IMG/VR virus record: IMGVR_UViG_3300033146_000323
Span: 1-55,754 of that record
Strand: one strand, 5' to 3'
Source: a virus
Taxonomy: Duplodnaviria; Caudoviricetes
Length of the DNA stretch: 55,754 bases
Shown one piece after another: positions 29,801 to 38,679 of this stretch. The position numbers and the translations under genes are program-made. The stretch's first letter is position 1; every line of letters starts with the position of its first letter. The notes below the pieces were generated by a model, which was given only the letters and a program-made list of their open reading frames with translations, was not told the origin of the DNA and did not search any database.

Positions 29801-30449
29801 TTCCTCCTGTAGAGTCTGTAAGCAAGTTTTTACCTGCTAAAACAAAAGATATCTTGTCTTCTTGTAGTGTAAGTATGTCGGTTTCTCTGCCGTCTAACTT
29901 CATTACGGGTCCAAACTCTTCTTCTAATGGCTTAAAGTTTAACAACCCTAAGTTGAACTCATTTAATTTATTTACGTTGCTCTCATCGTTAAATACACCA
30001 CTATACGTTAAATCAGCAAACCTTCGAACTTCTTGATAATCCTGTGCGGATGTACTCGTTACTTGGTTTCCAATAGCTAACTCTTGCTGACCAATACCAT
30101 CCCTAATCTGATAGCTTTCTACTCCATTACCAAAAGAATAGCAGTTAAAGAATGCAGTATCTATAATAGCAGGTTGTGTAGGAGTTTGATTTTGAATATT
30201 CCCTGCGTGTGCACCGTGTGGTAAAGATATACTTGTAATTACTGTAGTAGGTTGTGATGGTGGGGTAGATGGACTTATAACTGCACTATTACACTCTCCC
30301 AATACAACCTTGCTACCTCCCGGATTAATTGTTACATTTCGAGAGATACCATAAATATCATCATAATCAAACTGAATTGGACTTACCTCTGCAGCCGATA
30401 CAAAGAATGAAAATTGACAAGTGTTTGGTTGAGCGATTGGATAACTCAC
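26874..30449 (-). CDS. tail nozzle/stabilization protein, C-terminal part with Cys-rich repeats (frame open upstream to about 30776)
   Basis: FNCYSFGNGVES, NKLNEFN, EEYGISFHPES motifs; no good start codon; the same frame extends about 109 codons upstream. Confidence 0.7.
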   Translation of the reverse strand: MSYPIAQPNTCQFSFFVSAAEVSPIQFDYDDIYGISRNVTINPGGSKVVLGECNSAVISPSTPPSQPTTVITSISLPHGAHAGNIQNQTPTQPAIIDTAFFNCYSFGNGVESYQIRDGIGQQELAIGNQVTSTSAQDYQEVRRFADLTYSGVFNDESNVNKLNEFNLGLLNFKPLEEEFGPVMKLDGRETDILTLQEDKISFVLAGKNLLTDSTGGSTVASIPEVLGTQVARIEEYGISFHPESYAKWGPNKFFTDAKRGAVIQLRGTAGQNEALNVISEAGMRGWFRDLFLESFNTQKLGGWDPYHNEYVLSSNNELLPQIVECIECGITRTLNVTLESSSDFCVDVGTLVGEVLIEYNVIGAGQDDFVLNATYDGQTFTTGVTGVSGSLTVPKNNVTEESIELLVTSTGSTLLEVTVNCPDAQEITIIQVCLSVNGDGGQFIHNEYRWVDGVFTSPLQSEQVELVTGTNTPLVSQFTQIVGAQGGGFIPADNADVSIISNRILPIDDFVFDPLVDKLRYLRTNTFYANTPGDITALLAASNNATPITGGPNTYEAQFTMPNTNDQYLYIIYDYRNGTAVELCYDANTAFAACCECGESVDRLLVRQCREDGTIQQFVIDDNLGLSIGDFVELVGYPNCIFQVSQTTQESVNASVNAVRNDITDCTDVCQEYNMSNTDPQATLTVDYVDCEGANVSEALPPGGTAKVCMTELTTIPQGISLNLANCQCTLDPDQMLVQQCRQDGQVVTEVVTQLVNETIGDFVELTGYPDCVFEITSIVQDNSTDTISAVRNDITDCTDVCQTYRFNNTSGGPIVNVPYTDCNGDPQEIPLIEAGGFEEVCATEIPPVQPVGIEVGLISCTCDVVPTEFLEVRICDAGNVPPDPSVVTTHVVESVGGAIVIGQIVEINGCSYRADAIVAGPATAVPTQVFPIEITCQNVCHNYEVTFLTGGNFGYVQCDGTILGFTAVESQVITRCIKEVYPPGITAQYEMKLIGCECTEFRQASLCENGTSVDPSLTQNHIVENTLGASQGDLVTIDGCHYTIQAITDGPATATIGSLVTGITCDDICQEYQVFWISDGQVSYVNCFGNTVTESQLAGFSGTRCIKTFNPPATTATYNAVLQQCCCEGSCKTYEYTNTTQNNITIQTIDCDDTPILRLIVAGQTVTECDKQYTPVAGITVNELRCGCAP

Positions 30450-30733
30450 AGGACTTATGTACCATACATCAGGAACGGCATCCTGTGGTTGAGTTTCAAA
30501 AGCAATAAAAGAGGAGCTTCTAACAACGTCAATAAGAACCTTTAGTTTTGTTTCTTTATTCTTTCCGTTATATCCCTTTGAACTTCTAACTGAAAAAGTG
30601 TCTGCAGCGTTTGGTCCATTGTCTTTAAAGAAACAAGATATTTGACTTGTCTCACAAGATAAAAATCCTGCGTTTATAACAGGGTTGTAGTTTGGACCAC
30701 TAACTCCTGTTCCGTCAGTTGTGGCTTGTGCCT

Positions 30734-33211
30734 CTAATGCAGGAGCAATATTGTCTCCGTCAAAAAAGTCTTTACATTACCAAATGGTTTATCTGTATTA
30801 CCACGTCTAAAGTTGTCAATCAAGATTCTAATTCTACTACCTGCCGGTATAGTGTAGTCAATATACACACCCGGATTAAGAGGGTCAGGGTCTTCAATTT
30901 GAACCGGATAATCTATTACAGGACAGTTGTTATCCTTCTTACTTTTTTCTCCAAAAGTAATTACCGGATTATCACCAAGAGTTGTAGAAAAGGTATTAGC
31001 TCTTCTAATCTTCATATATGTGCCGGGTGGCACTACAAGTTCATTATCATTTGCATCTACCGGTTTAGGGTCAAGGAAGTCACGTGTTTGTGATTTCTTT
31101 TCTAATACTGTAGCAAAAGCACATCTACTAAGTGCTCCATTTGTATCAGTTTTTACTTTTAATAAATCTCCTTCTTCAACTTTTCTTGTGTTCTGACCTT
31201 CAATAAGGAAGTAGTCCGCAGAAGTTGTAGGGTCTCTAAAGAAGAAAGAACTATATACATTAAAATAATTTTCTTTGTCTTGTTTGATACAGAACTTATA
31301 TCTCGTTGCCCAAGCCGGAGCAATTTGTTGAATCGGAATAGTAGCTCTGATTTTATTTTGTTGGTCTGAATCTGCACAAGGAATATTAACTGTATTATTT
31401 AAACTAACCAAAGCCGTTGATGCACGGTTAAAGTCGTCCATATAAACAATACCTATCTCATAGTTTCTATCACTATGTAAACTTTTTGGATTACCTGTTT
31501 CTTGGAAAGATGCTCCTGCAAAACTTACTTGATAGTATTCAAAAACCTCTTGAGTAATAGCAACTCCTGTTGGGTCGTCAACAAACCTCATTGCCACTAA
31601 CTGCAATCCTATGTTAGGTGAACCCGGAGAAGAGAAAATTAAAATACCTTGACCTGCTTGGTTTACACCACTTTCAAATTTTGTCAACCCATCTAAAGTC
31701 TGTGGTATAATACAGTTTTGTTCATCTGTTAATGTGACTCCATCACAAGCATTTGCTACAGTTTCAATGTTGGCTGCAGTTCCTATCTTGTCTACAAAAT
31801 CTACACTTGTTGCCAACTCATTTGCTGATGCAAAATCTTGCGGTAAAATGTATTGAAAGTTTATTTCAACCTCCGAAGTAGTATTAGCAGGAAATGGTGC
31901 TTGACCCGTAAATTGTGAGTGTTCAAATTTGATTTGTATATCAATAGCAGAACCTGCTTGTAAGTTAAGACTATCAACATCCAATAAATCAACTCGAGAG
32001 TTTAATATATTTTGTGGACCTACACTTGAATCAATAGTGTATGACCCTGTGGTTTCTGAGGTTTCTATTTCTGTTAGACCAATGTCTACATTAACTTTTT
32101 CTACAGTATATTCTAAAAGCACAGGTTGTCCTGCAGGTGTAACTAAATCATATTGCTCTAAGTAGTTTCCATAAATTAGTCTATTACCCATAAGCGTTTG
32201 AGCTTGAGCTAATCTTGGAACATTATCGTATAACCTAAGTATTTCACTGTCAGGTAAAACTGTAAATATTTTACTATCACTAAAAGTGTAGGTATATTCT
32301 GTATTGTCTACTAATCCTAAAACAGATTTATCTAATTTTTCAATAACTCTAATTAGACCATTGGTCATATCCTTCCACAACAAATCTATACCTACTACTA
32401 AAGAACTTCCTGAATCGTAAGTGATTGTGGCTTGATTGATGAAGTTTAACATCCCTTCATTTAGACCTGTTGCAAAATCATATCTAAATGAGTTTGGAAC
32501 AAATGCAGGTTCAGTAAATTGAGAAACCGCACTGTATTCTCCGTCAGCAAATCTATATCTATAGCCAAACGAAACAAATCTATCTTCTAAAAAATTATTC
32601 TGAGCTGATGTAGATTGTAGTGTAAGACCCGGAGAATTGATAGGTGGTTTTTTGATTACAAGCAACTGCTCTGCAGTTATTTGGTCAATATTAGCTACAG
32701 GGTTTGGGTAATTTCTACCTATGTTTATAAATCTTGGAGGGTTGAGATTGTCCGTAAAAAACAAAAGCTCTGCATCAATAAGATTCGCACCTGTGATTAA
32801 ATAAGTGTCGTTAAAATTTAAAGTAGTATTTACACCACCTCCATCGTCTATACTTATTACGTGATACGTTAAAACATTTTGTTGTACATCTAAAGAGACA
32901 ATCAAGTCCAACTTACCTGTGGTGGGACTACCTTGAAATGCAGGGTCGTGAACAAACCAATAGATTGTTTCGTTAGCACCGTCTTCTACTGCACCAATAC
33001 ATTTGGCTTCAGGGGACAAAGATTGCCCAAGAAATTCTAAGGATGTTAATTGGTCATTACCTTTAGTGTTTTCTACTGACCCTATTTCTGAATCTTCAGT
33101 AGCACCTAAGCGTACATTCAATGCGTCAACATATTGACCATTAGGAATGAGTCTTTCATCAAGACTCTTGTTCATTACTCCTTTTATAAAATTCCTTTGA
33201 ATATTTGCCAT
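30734..33211 (-). CDS. tail nozzle/stabilization protein, N-terminal part
   Basis: MNKSLDERL.PNGQY.DALNVR, FFTDNLNPPR, GNRLIYGNY. Confidence 0.75.
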   Translation of the reverse strand: MANIQRNFIKGVMNKSLDERLIPNGQYVDALNVRLGATEDSEIGSVENTKGNDQLTSLEFLGQSLSPEAKCIGAVEDGANETIYWFVHDPAFQGSPTTGKLDLIVSLDVQQNVLTYHVISIDDGGGVNTTLNFNDTYLITGANLIDAELLFFTDNLNPPRFINIGRNYPNPVANIDQITAEQLLVIKKPPINSPGLTLQSTSAQNNFLEDRFVSFGYRYRFADGEYSAVSQFTEPAFVPNSFRYDFATGLNEGMLNFINQATITYDSGSSLVVGIDLLWKDMTNGLIRVIEKLDKSVLGLVDNTEYTYTFSDSKIFTVLPDSEILRLYDNVPRLAQAQTLMGNRLIYGNYLEQYDLVTPAGQPVLLEYTVEKVNVDIGLTEIETSETTGSYTIDSSVGPQNILNSRVDLLDVDSLNLQAGSAIDIQIKFEHSQFTGQAPFPANTTSEVEINFQYILPQDFASANELATSVDFVDKIGTAANIETVANACDGVTLTDEQNCIIPQTLDGLTKFESGVNQAGQGILIFSSPGSPNIGLQLVAMRFVDDPTGVAITQEVFEYYQVSFAGASFQETGNPKSLHSDRNYEIGIVYMDDFNRASTALVSLNNTVNIPCADSDQQNKIRATIPIQQIAPAWATRYKFCIKQDKENYFNVYSSFFFRDPTTSADYFLIEGQNTRKVEEGDLLKVKTDTNGALSRCAFATVLEKKSQTRDFLDPKPVDANDNELVVPPGTYMKIRRANTFSTTLGDNPVITFGEKSKKDNNCPVIDYPVQIEDPDPLNPGVYIDYTIPAGSRIRILIDNFRRGNTDKPFGNVKTFLTETILLLH

Positions 33212-33212
33212 A

Positions 33213-34136
33213 TTACTTTAGCCATTTATCCCTGCCTCTCAAGTTCATTAAGAGTCTTCCCGGATGTATGTTACTGATTCTAATTTTTGCGTTTCTTAAA
33301 AGAGCTGCACTTCTTTTACGTGCTCTTGCAATAACGTATTCTTGCACACCGAGTTTTGAGTTGAGAATAGCATATTCGATATAGGCATATATGTAACTTT
33401 CAAATAATTTATTTACCGTAACTTCTGTGTCGTTACCGTTTTCCATTCCATCAGAAACGTATTCTAAAACCACCGATTGGTTTGCCATATCTGAACTGAA
33501 ATTAATAACTCCTGATTTTTTGTCAATGCTAAATGTTGGATTTGCATTTGCCGTTTCTGTATTCAAACCGAATCGTGCTCCAATCTCATAATCAAAATAC
33601 CAATATCCATCACAACAATATCCTTCATAGCCGTGAAACGGATTACCTGCATTTAAGTAAATAGACTTTTCGCTGCCTGTAATTCTTTCATAGTCTAATT
33701 CAGAAAACTGAGGACTCAATGCATTCCCATCTTGGTCAAACAAAATCCTACAATTATTATCCTGTAAGTATGCACTACTCCAATTAGTTTGAATGTTTTC
33801 TGTAAGAGGATATAACAATCCATTTTTATGTACAGATATTCTAACCCAATTCACGTAGTCTGATGGCAATACATATCTTAATGTATTACACACAGTTAGT
33901 TGCAATATTTTAATTTCTTTAAACGCATCGTAGTTTAATTCTTGTATACCACGTTTTGCGTGAAACAAAACCTTATATCGCTCTTCATTATTTACAAGGC
34001 TGTGATTACCTGCATACATCAACATAAAGTTGTTTACTATGTCATATAAAGACACGTATTGGTATGACCCCCAATTTGCATTTTCGGGTTGGCTTCCACC
34101 GTTTTCGTAATACTGATATTGTGATATATAAGGCAT
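33213..34136 (-). CDS. tail tube/adaptor (ring) protein
   Basis: LPSDYVNWVRIS, LEYVSDG; position after the capsid genes. Confidence 0.65.
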   Translation of the reverse strand: MPYISQYQYYENGGSQPENANWGSYQYVSLYDIVNNFMLMYAGNHSLVNNEERYKVLFHAKRGIQELNYDAFKEIKILQLTVCNTLRYVLPSDYVNWVRISVHKNGLLYPLTENIQTNWSSAYLQDNNCRILFDQDGNALSPQFSELDYERITGSEKSIYLNAGNPFHGYEGYCCDGYWYFDYEIGARFGLNTETANANPTFSIDKKSGVINFSSDMANQSVVLEYVSDGMENGNDTEVTVNKLFESYIYAYIEYAILNSKLGVQEYVIARARKRSAALLRNAKIRISNIHPGRLLMNLRGRDKWLK

Positions 34137-34142
34137 AGTTTA

Positions 34143-35105
34143 TTATTTTTCGTCTTGGTCTTCTTTTCCTTCTAATCCTTGACCAAATTGTACTGCAGCT
34201 ACCTCTCTAATAGACATACCTGCGTACTGCAATATCTTCAACACCAATGTAGGTTCATCTGATATAGACAGTTCAAAATCTTGAAAGTCCGGTTGCGATT
34301 GGTCAAACGAGGGTTCTCCTCCAATCAAGTTTACGTATGTCCACTTAGGGTCTCTTGGATATCTGATGTATTGACATTGTACTGCTCCTATAGTATTGAT
34401 ACTTGCAGGGAACAATGACAACGTAGGTTCTTGCTGAGTGTAAGCAGGAAACAGAGTTGATGGTGCAGTAAGTAAAGAGTTGTTAAGCATAGTGATTTTA
34501 CTTTGCGTAACTTTTTCTGCCTCGTTTACTATAGCATCATCATAGATTACGTAGCCTTCAGGAAAGTTCTGAAATATATCAGCAGGATTTCCGTCAGCGT
34601 CTATTAATCTTAAAGTATTTATATTAATTATCTCTCCAACAAAAGCACTTGCATTGGTAGTGGTGTTACCCACAATATCTCCAACCTGCACTCCTGATGC
34701 CACAAAATCAGTGGTGGTATCTACCAAATCCTGAACCAATACTTGGTCATTAACTCCTGATATCAAAAGTCTGCTATATACCAAAACTTTGTTTAGCAGA
34801 TAGTAATTATCGTTTGTGGTAGTTAGACTCGGTGTAAAGAACTTATTATTAAACTGCGGAATAAGAAACTTGGTTTCAGAGAATATATTAATTACCTCTT
34901 CATAACCTTTGGTAATATCTGCATAACCCGTGCCTGATTGACGAGCATTCTCTTTATTTATCTGATAGTTATACTGATAAAAATAATCCTCAAAAATATC
35001 TAACTGAGCTTGTTTTGCAAATAAGTTAAAATCAGATGGTGATATGTATCCGTAATTATTTTTATTTAGTATAGATAATACTGTGTTTCTAACCGAGTTT
35101 ATCAT
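34143..35105 (-). CDS. head-tail adaptor/ring protein
   Basis: Start at ATG 35105 (MINSVRNTVLSILNKNNYGY); YIRYPRDPKW. Confidence 0.65.
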   Translation of the reverse strand: MINSVRNTVLSILNKNNYGYISPSDFNLFAKQAQLDIFEDYFYQYNYQINKENARQSGTGYADITKGYEEVINIFSETKFLIPQFNNKFFTPSLTTTNDNYYLLNKVLVYSRLLISGVNDQVLVQDLVDTTTDFVASGVQVGDIVGNTTTNASAFVGEIININTLRLIDADGNPADIFQNFPEGYVIYDDAIVNEAEKVTQSKITMLNNSLLTAPSTLFPAYTQQEPTLSLFPASINTIGAVQCQYIRYPRDPKWTYVNLIGGEPSFDQSQPDFQDFELSISDEPTLVLKILQYAGMSIREVAAVQFGQGLEGKEDQDEK

Positions 35106-35122
35106 CTTAAAATACTTTGATA

Positions 35123-35130
35123 CAAAGATA
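35123..35130 (-). promoter_or_regulatory. -7 promoter element TAnnTTTG, representative of a set upstream of - strand genes (also 25094, 38644, 46590, 50884, 52178, 54726, 55315)
   Basis: CAAAGNTA on the + strand, 17-31 nt upstream of eight - strand start codons, at gene boundaries. Confidence 0.7.
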
Positions 35131-35133
35131 AAC

Positions 35134-35169
35134 AAAAAAAAAGAGAGGGGTATTAAACCCCTCCCTCTT
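35134..35169 (-). terminator. Rho-independent terminator
   Basis: On - strand AGAGGGAGGGG-TTTAATA-CCCCTCTCT followed by a T run. Confidence 0.75.
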
Positions 35170-35222
35170 ACATATGGTTAATCACATCCTGCTGCGAATC
35201 AGGATATGTCAAATATAATACA

Positions 35223-35960
35223 TCACATTTGTTTTTCCAAAAACTGTAATACATCTACACCTTCATCCGTTTTAAACCAATCGGATAAATACTCTATTGG
35301 GTCAACTCCAAAAGGAATGGTTGTCATTCTTTTTCTGTTGCCTTCAAGGTTATAGTGTACATCTCTTTTCTTGTTTCTGAAAGACAATACCTTAGTATCA
35401 AACATTTGTTGTACGGTAGACTGAAGTTTCAATGAAGGGTCAGAAAGTGCTCTTAGAAATACACTTGGATTCTTTTTAGCAAATACCAATATATCTCTTT
35501 TCAATTCTGCCGTTGACATCATCGTTACATCTTTACTAAATAAAACTCTACCAACTTGTTCACATTGTTCAAGTGATAAAGATTTAGCTTCAATCAATGC
35601 ATCCACTTCTACATTAAGTCTTTCGATTTGTTCAGAAGCATCTTTACTGTAATCTACTTCTATAAACTTTTTACCATTCATTGGATGGTAATGTAAAAAC
35701 TCCTGTAGGATAGGATTGGTCTTTGGTACTTGCAACATACCATCTTCAAACACAATTGGTTCTACAATAGCAGTACCATCTTGTTCGTCTTCAAAACAAC
35801 TCTTTTGATTTCTTGCGTAGCGTAATGCCCTGTTGTATCCTTTATCTTGGTCAAAATAAAGTAACGGGTTTCTTCTACTATTTCTTGAGGGAATAATGCA
35901 CGACAATGGTGCTCTGTCTCGTGTGAGTTTATAAACTCTATCTTTTGATTCTAATTTCAT
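35223..35960 (-). CDS. conserved phage protein downstream of the major capsid gene
   Basis: RALRYARNQKS.FEDEQ; long ORF flanked by terminators. Confidence 0.7.
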   Translation of the reverse strand: MKLESKDRVYKLTRDRAPLSCIIPSRNSRRNPLLYFDQDKGYNRALRYARNQKSCFEDEQDGTAIVEPIVFEDGMLQVPKTNPILQEFLHYHPMNGKKFIEVDYSKDASEQIERLNVEVDALIEAKSLSLEQCEQVGRVLFSKDVTMMSTAELKRDILVFAKKNPSVFLRALSDPSLKLQSTVQQMFDTKVLSFRNKKRDVHYNLEGNRKRMTTIPFGVDPIEYLSDWFKTDEGVDVLQFLEKQM

Positions 35961-35980
35961 TTCAATTTAATTTAAAAGTT

Positions 35981-36022
35981 AAAAAATAAAGGAAGGAGTG
36001 TCTTTAAAGACACTCCCCCTTT
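35981..36022 (-). terminator. terminator after the major capsid gene; its stem contains a 16-bp palindrome copy (35998-36013)
   Basis: On - strand AAAGGGGGAGTGTCTT-TA-AAGACACTCCTTCCTTTATTTTTT. Confidence 0.75.
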
Positions 36023-36031
36023 AATTACATA

Positions 36032-37510
36032 TTAGTCTTCGAACAGTACGAAGTTGTTTGCACCCATTGTACAAACACATCTTTCTGATAGGAAGTGTAC
36101 TTCCATAGCATCTAAGCTACTTGTAGCTGCACCACCTGCAGAACCTGTAATCCAAGTCTTATATCTTCTATCTTCAGTTTCTGAAGCTCTATATCTTACG
36201 TGTAGATAAGGTCTCTTGGCATTCTTACCAAGAATTTGGTCATACACAGATGTAGAACCTGCAGGAACTAAAAGACCATTGATGTGACCTGAATTAGCAC
36301 CACCCGGGTTAGAACCACGCATAGTTGGGTCATTCAAGTATTTCCAATCAGTCTTATAGAAGTCATATCCTCTTCTGAATCCTGAGAATCCTAAGTTAAG
36401 TGCCATCTCTTCGTCATTGTCAAACAATCCGTAAGAAGTACCACCTGCACCATAAGAGTTTTGCTCTGCCAACATATCGTCAATAGCAAATCCGAACTGT
36501 CTGTCAAGGAATAGTACGTTTTCCTCGATAGCTCCTTGAGCATCTAATCTACCAATAATGGTATCAAAGTCTGCAAGAGCATCCGGCACACCACCTGTCC
36601 AAAGGTTACCTCTATCTCCTACTACGTAGAAAATACCTTCTGAACCTTTGTTACCATAGTTAGGGTTAGCAGCAGGGTCAACGACACCTGAACCTGCTTC
36701 TGCAGGAACTGCTTCAACCATAGCGGTTTCAAGATAGTCATCGAATCTCAAACGAGTTTCGTGCTCAGACTTCATATACCATAGGTATCCTGTAGCACCA
36801 TTCTCAGTTGTTACTTCTACCCAACCGATTTGAGCCATATCAGAACCTGATACTGCATATTTGTCTTTGATAATAATTGGTGAGTTCTCAAAGATGTAGT
36901 CGTCAGACTCAAGAGAGCCTTCCATTCCTACAGTTCCTTTTTTAAACTCAGAACCATAAATAAAGATAGTAACGTCAGAGTTACCAACACCTGTACCTGC
37001 AGTTACAAGACCACCTGCTTCATAGAAAGCGATAGTAGCTTGAATAGGAGAAACAGTTAGGTCTACGTCAGTAACGATACCTTTGTTTTCTCCTGAACCG
37101 TTATTCTGAATTACAACTACAGTTTGTCCTTCTCTAAGTGCGATACCGCCTTGTGCTGAGAATGGAACCTGTCCTGTAGATACAACTCCTGCCGGAGCAG
37201 CCGGGTCATTGATTTGGAAAGTTACTGCATCGTCACCTTGTGCACCTGCTGAACCAACCTGAGTATACTTCACGTGAAGTCTACCTTGCTCTGCCCATTT
37301 TACTAAATCTGAATTAGAAGGAAGCTCTGCTCCTACTAATCTTAAGAACGAACTAATCGTTCTGTTTCCATATCTTTCAAATTCTTTTTCGTAAGTATCA
37401 GGAAGATACTGATTCAAGAAGTCGAAATTTTGGATGTAGTTTGTTGCCAACGGCACCTGTTGTGCGGATGGCTGAAGGTCAAAACCGGGACCTGAAAAAT
37501 TACCTGCCAT
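36032..37510 (-). CDS. major capsid protein
   Basis: Follows portal and scaffold; QYLPD.YEKE.ERYGNR and WAEQGRLH resemble Bacteroidota podovirus capsids; strong terminator. Confidence 0.8.
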   Translation of the reverse strand: MAGNFSGPGFDLQPSAQQVPLATNYIQNFDFLNQYLPDTYEKEFERYGNRTISSFLRLVGAELPSNSDLVKWAEQGRLHVKYTQVGSAGAQGDDAVTFQINDPAAPAGVVSTGQVPFSAQGGIALREGQTVVVIQNNGSGENKGIVTDVDLTVSPIQATIAFYEAGGLVTAGTGVGNSDVTIFIYGSEFKKGTVGMEGSLESDDYIFENSPIIIKDKYAVSGSDMAQIGWVEVTTENGATGYLWYMKSEHETRLRFDDYLETAMVEAVPAEAGSGVVDPAANPNYGNKGSEGIFYVVGDRGNLWTGGVPDALADFDTIIGRLDAQGAIEENVLFLDRQFGFAIDDMLAEQNSYGAGGTSYGLFDNDEEMALNLGFSGFRRGYDFYKTDWKYLNDPTMRGSNPGGANSGHINGLLVPAGSTSVYDQILGKNAKRPYLHVRYRASETEDRRYKTWITGSAGGAATSSLDAMEVHFLSERCVCTMGANNFVLFED

Positions 37511-37529
37511 AATTTCTAATTTTTAAGTT

Positions 37530-38627
37530 TTACTTTTTTTTACTTTTAATCGTTAAGCCTCTACTGCTTGGTTGCGATATAGACCTAATTTGCAATCCAT
37601 CCTTCCTACTTGCAACCTGCGGTGTTTTACGTTCCGACATATCAACATTTTTCATCTTACGTGTTACATCTTCAGTTGCATCCGCTTTGCCTTGCTCATA
37701 AAAAAACGAGGCAAACTTGTCAGGATTCATTGCGATGGCTAATGCCCTGTGATATCCACTAAAATCACTAATAGAACCGGTACTCTCGTCAACATATTTA
37801 TTCATTAGATTGTTGACATCAAGATTGTTCTTCTTAATGCTTTCAGTATCACCCGGATTAAAAGTCAAAGTAGTATCACCTATCTTGAAATCAAAACCTT
37901 TGAAATCCGTGAATACTTCGTTGGTCTTTTTTAAAAACCAATCCCTTTTCCTTTTTAGCTCCTCTTGGTTACTTTTAGCCGAAGCTAAGTATTGCCTATA
38001 CTCATCAAGTTCTTCTTGTTGCTGAGGAGAAATAGCAGTACCGCTTGACTCAACCGGTTGCTTATACATTTCTTTCTGCTCCGTAAAAAACTTCTTTGCT
38101 TTAGCAATAGCTTTTTTCTTTGCCAACTTTATTTTCTTAATATCTTTCTCTTCGTCAAGCTCTTCGTCATATCTGTAGTCATCCATAAGGACATCTACAT
38201 CTTCTGCGTCTGTAGCTTCACCTGAAGATATAAGATACTCAGATAGTAGTTGGTCATCCTCCATAGTAGAAAAATCTCGATTAAGTTTTACATAATCATC
38301 CATTCCCCTACCGGTAGTTTTTTTATACTCGAAATACGCTTTCACATCTTCAGGTAAATCCTCGTTACTATCTTTAGTATCAAAGATTTGGTCTACCGAT
38401 GTGAAATCTTTCTCATATCTATTTTTAATAAATGAAAGAACGTCTTCCTCTTTTAACTCTGAGGATTGAGTTTCTTCTTCTTTAACTTCAGTTTCTGCAG
38501 GAGCTTCCGCTTGTGCAGTCTCTTCAGTTTGGTTATTCTTTTCTTCTGCTTTATCAAGCAGTTCTTGTTCAATTTGTTGTGAGGATTTCTCTTCGACACC
38601 CTCAACGGCTCTTACTTTAATTTCCAT
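37530..38627 (-). CDS. capsid scaffolding protein
   Basis: Acidic and coiled-coil; between portal and capsid; FFYEQGKADA. Confidence 0.7.
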   Translation of the reverse strand: MEIKVRAVEGVEEKSSQQIEQELLDKAEEKNNQTEETAQAEAPAETEVKEEETQSSELKEEDVLSFIKNRYEKDFTSVDQIFDTKDSNEDLPEDVKAYFEYKKTTGRGMDDYVKLNRDFSTMEDDQLLSEYLISSGEATDAEDVDVLMDDYRYDEELDEEKDIKKIKLAKKKAIAKAKKFFTEQKEMYKQPVESSGTAISPQQQEELDEYRQYLASAKSNQEELKRKRDWFLKKTNEVFTDFKGFDFKIGDTTLTFNPGDTESIKKNNLDVNNLMNKYVDESTGSISDFSGYHRALAIAMNPDKFASFFYEQGKADATEDVTRKMKNVDMSERKTPQVASRKDGLQIRSISQPSSRGLTIKSKKK

Positions 38628-38679
38628 TTGATTTAATTTTGTACAAAGTTAATAATAAATTTTCGTTCATTTTATTCAG

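Noticed and set aside
30619-30634. TTGTCTTTAAAGAAAC as another palindrome copy
   Set aside because: Two mismatches; could be chance, so not counted
338-30736. TAG stop-codon reassignment to explain the two broken genes
   Set aside because: Both breaks need a frame change, not read-through; long genes are intact under the standard code and no suppressor tRNA is present
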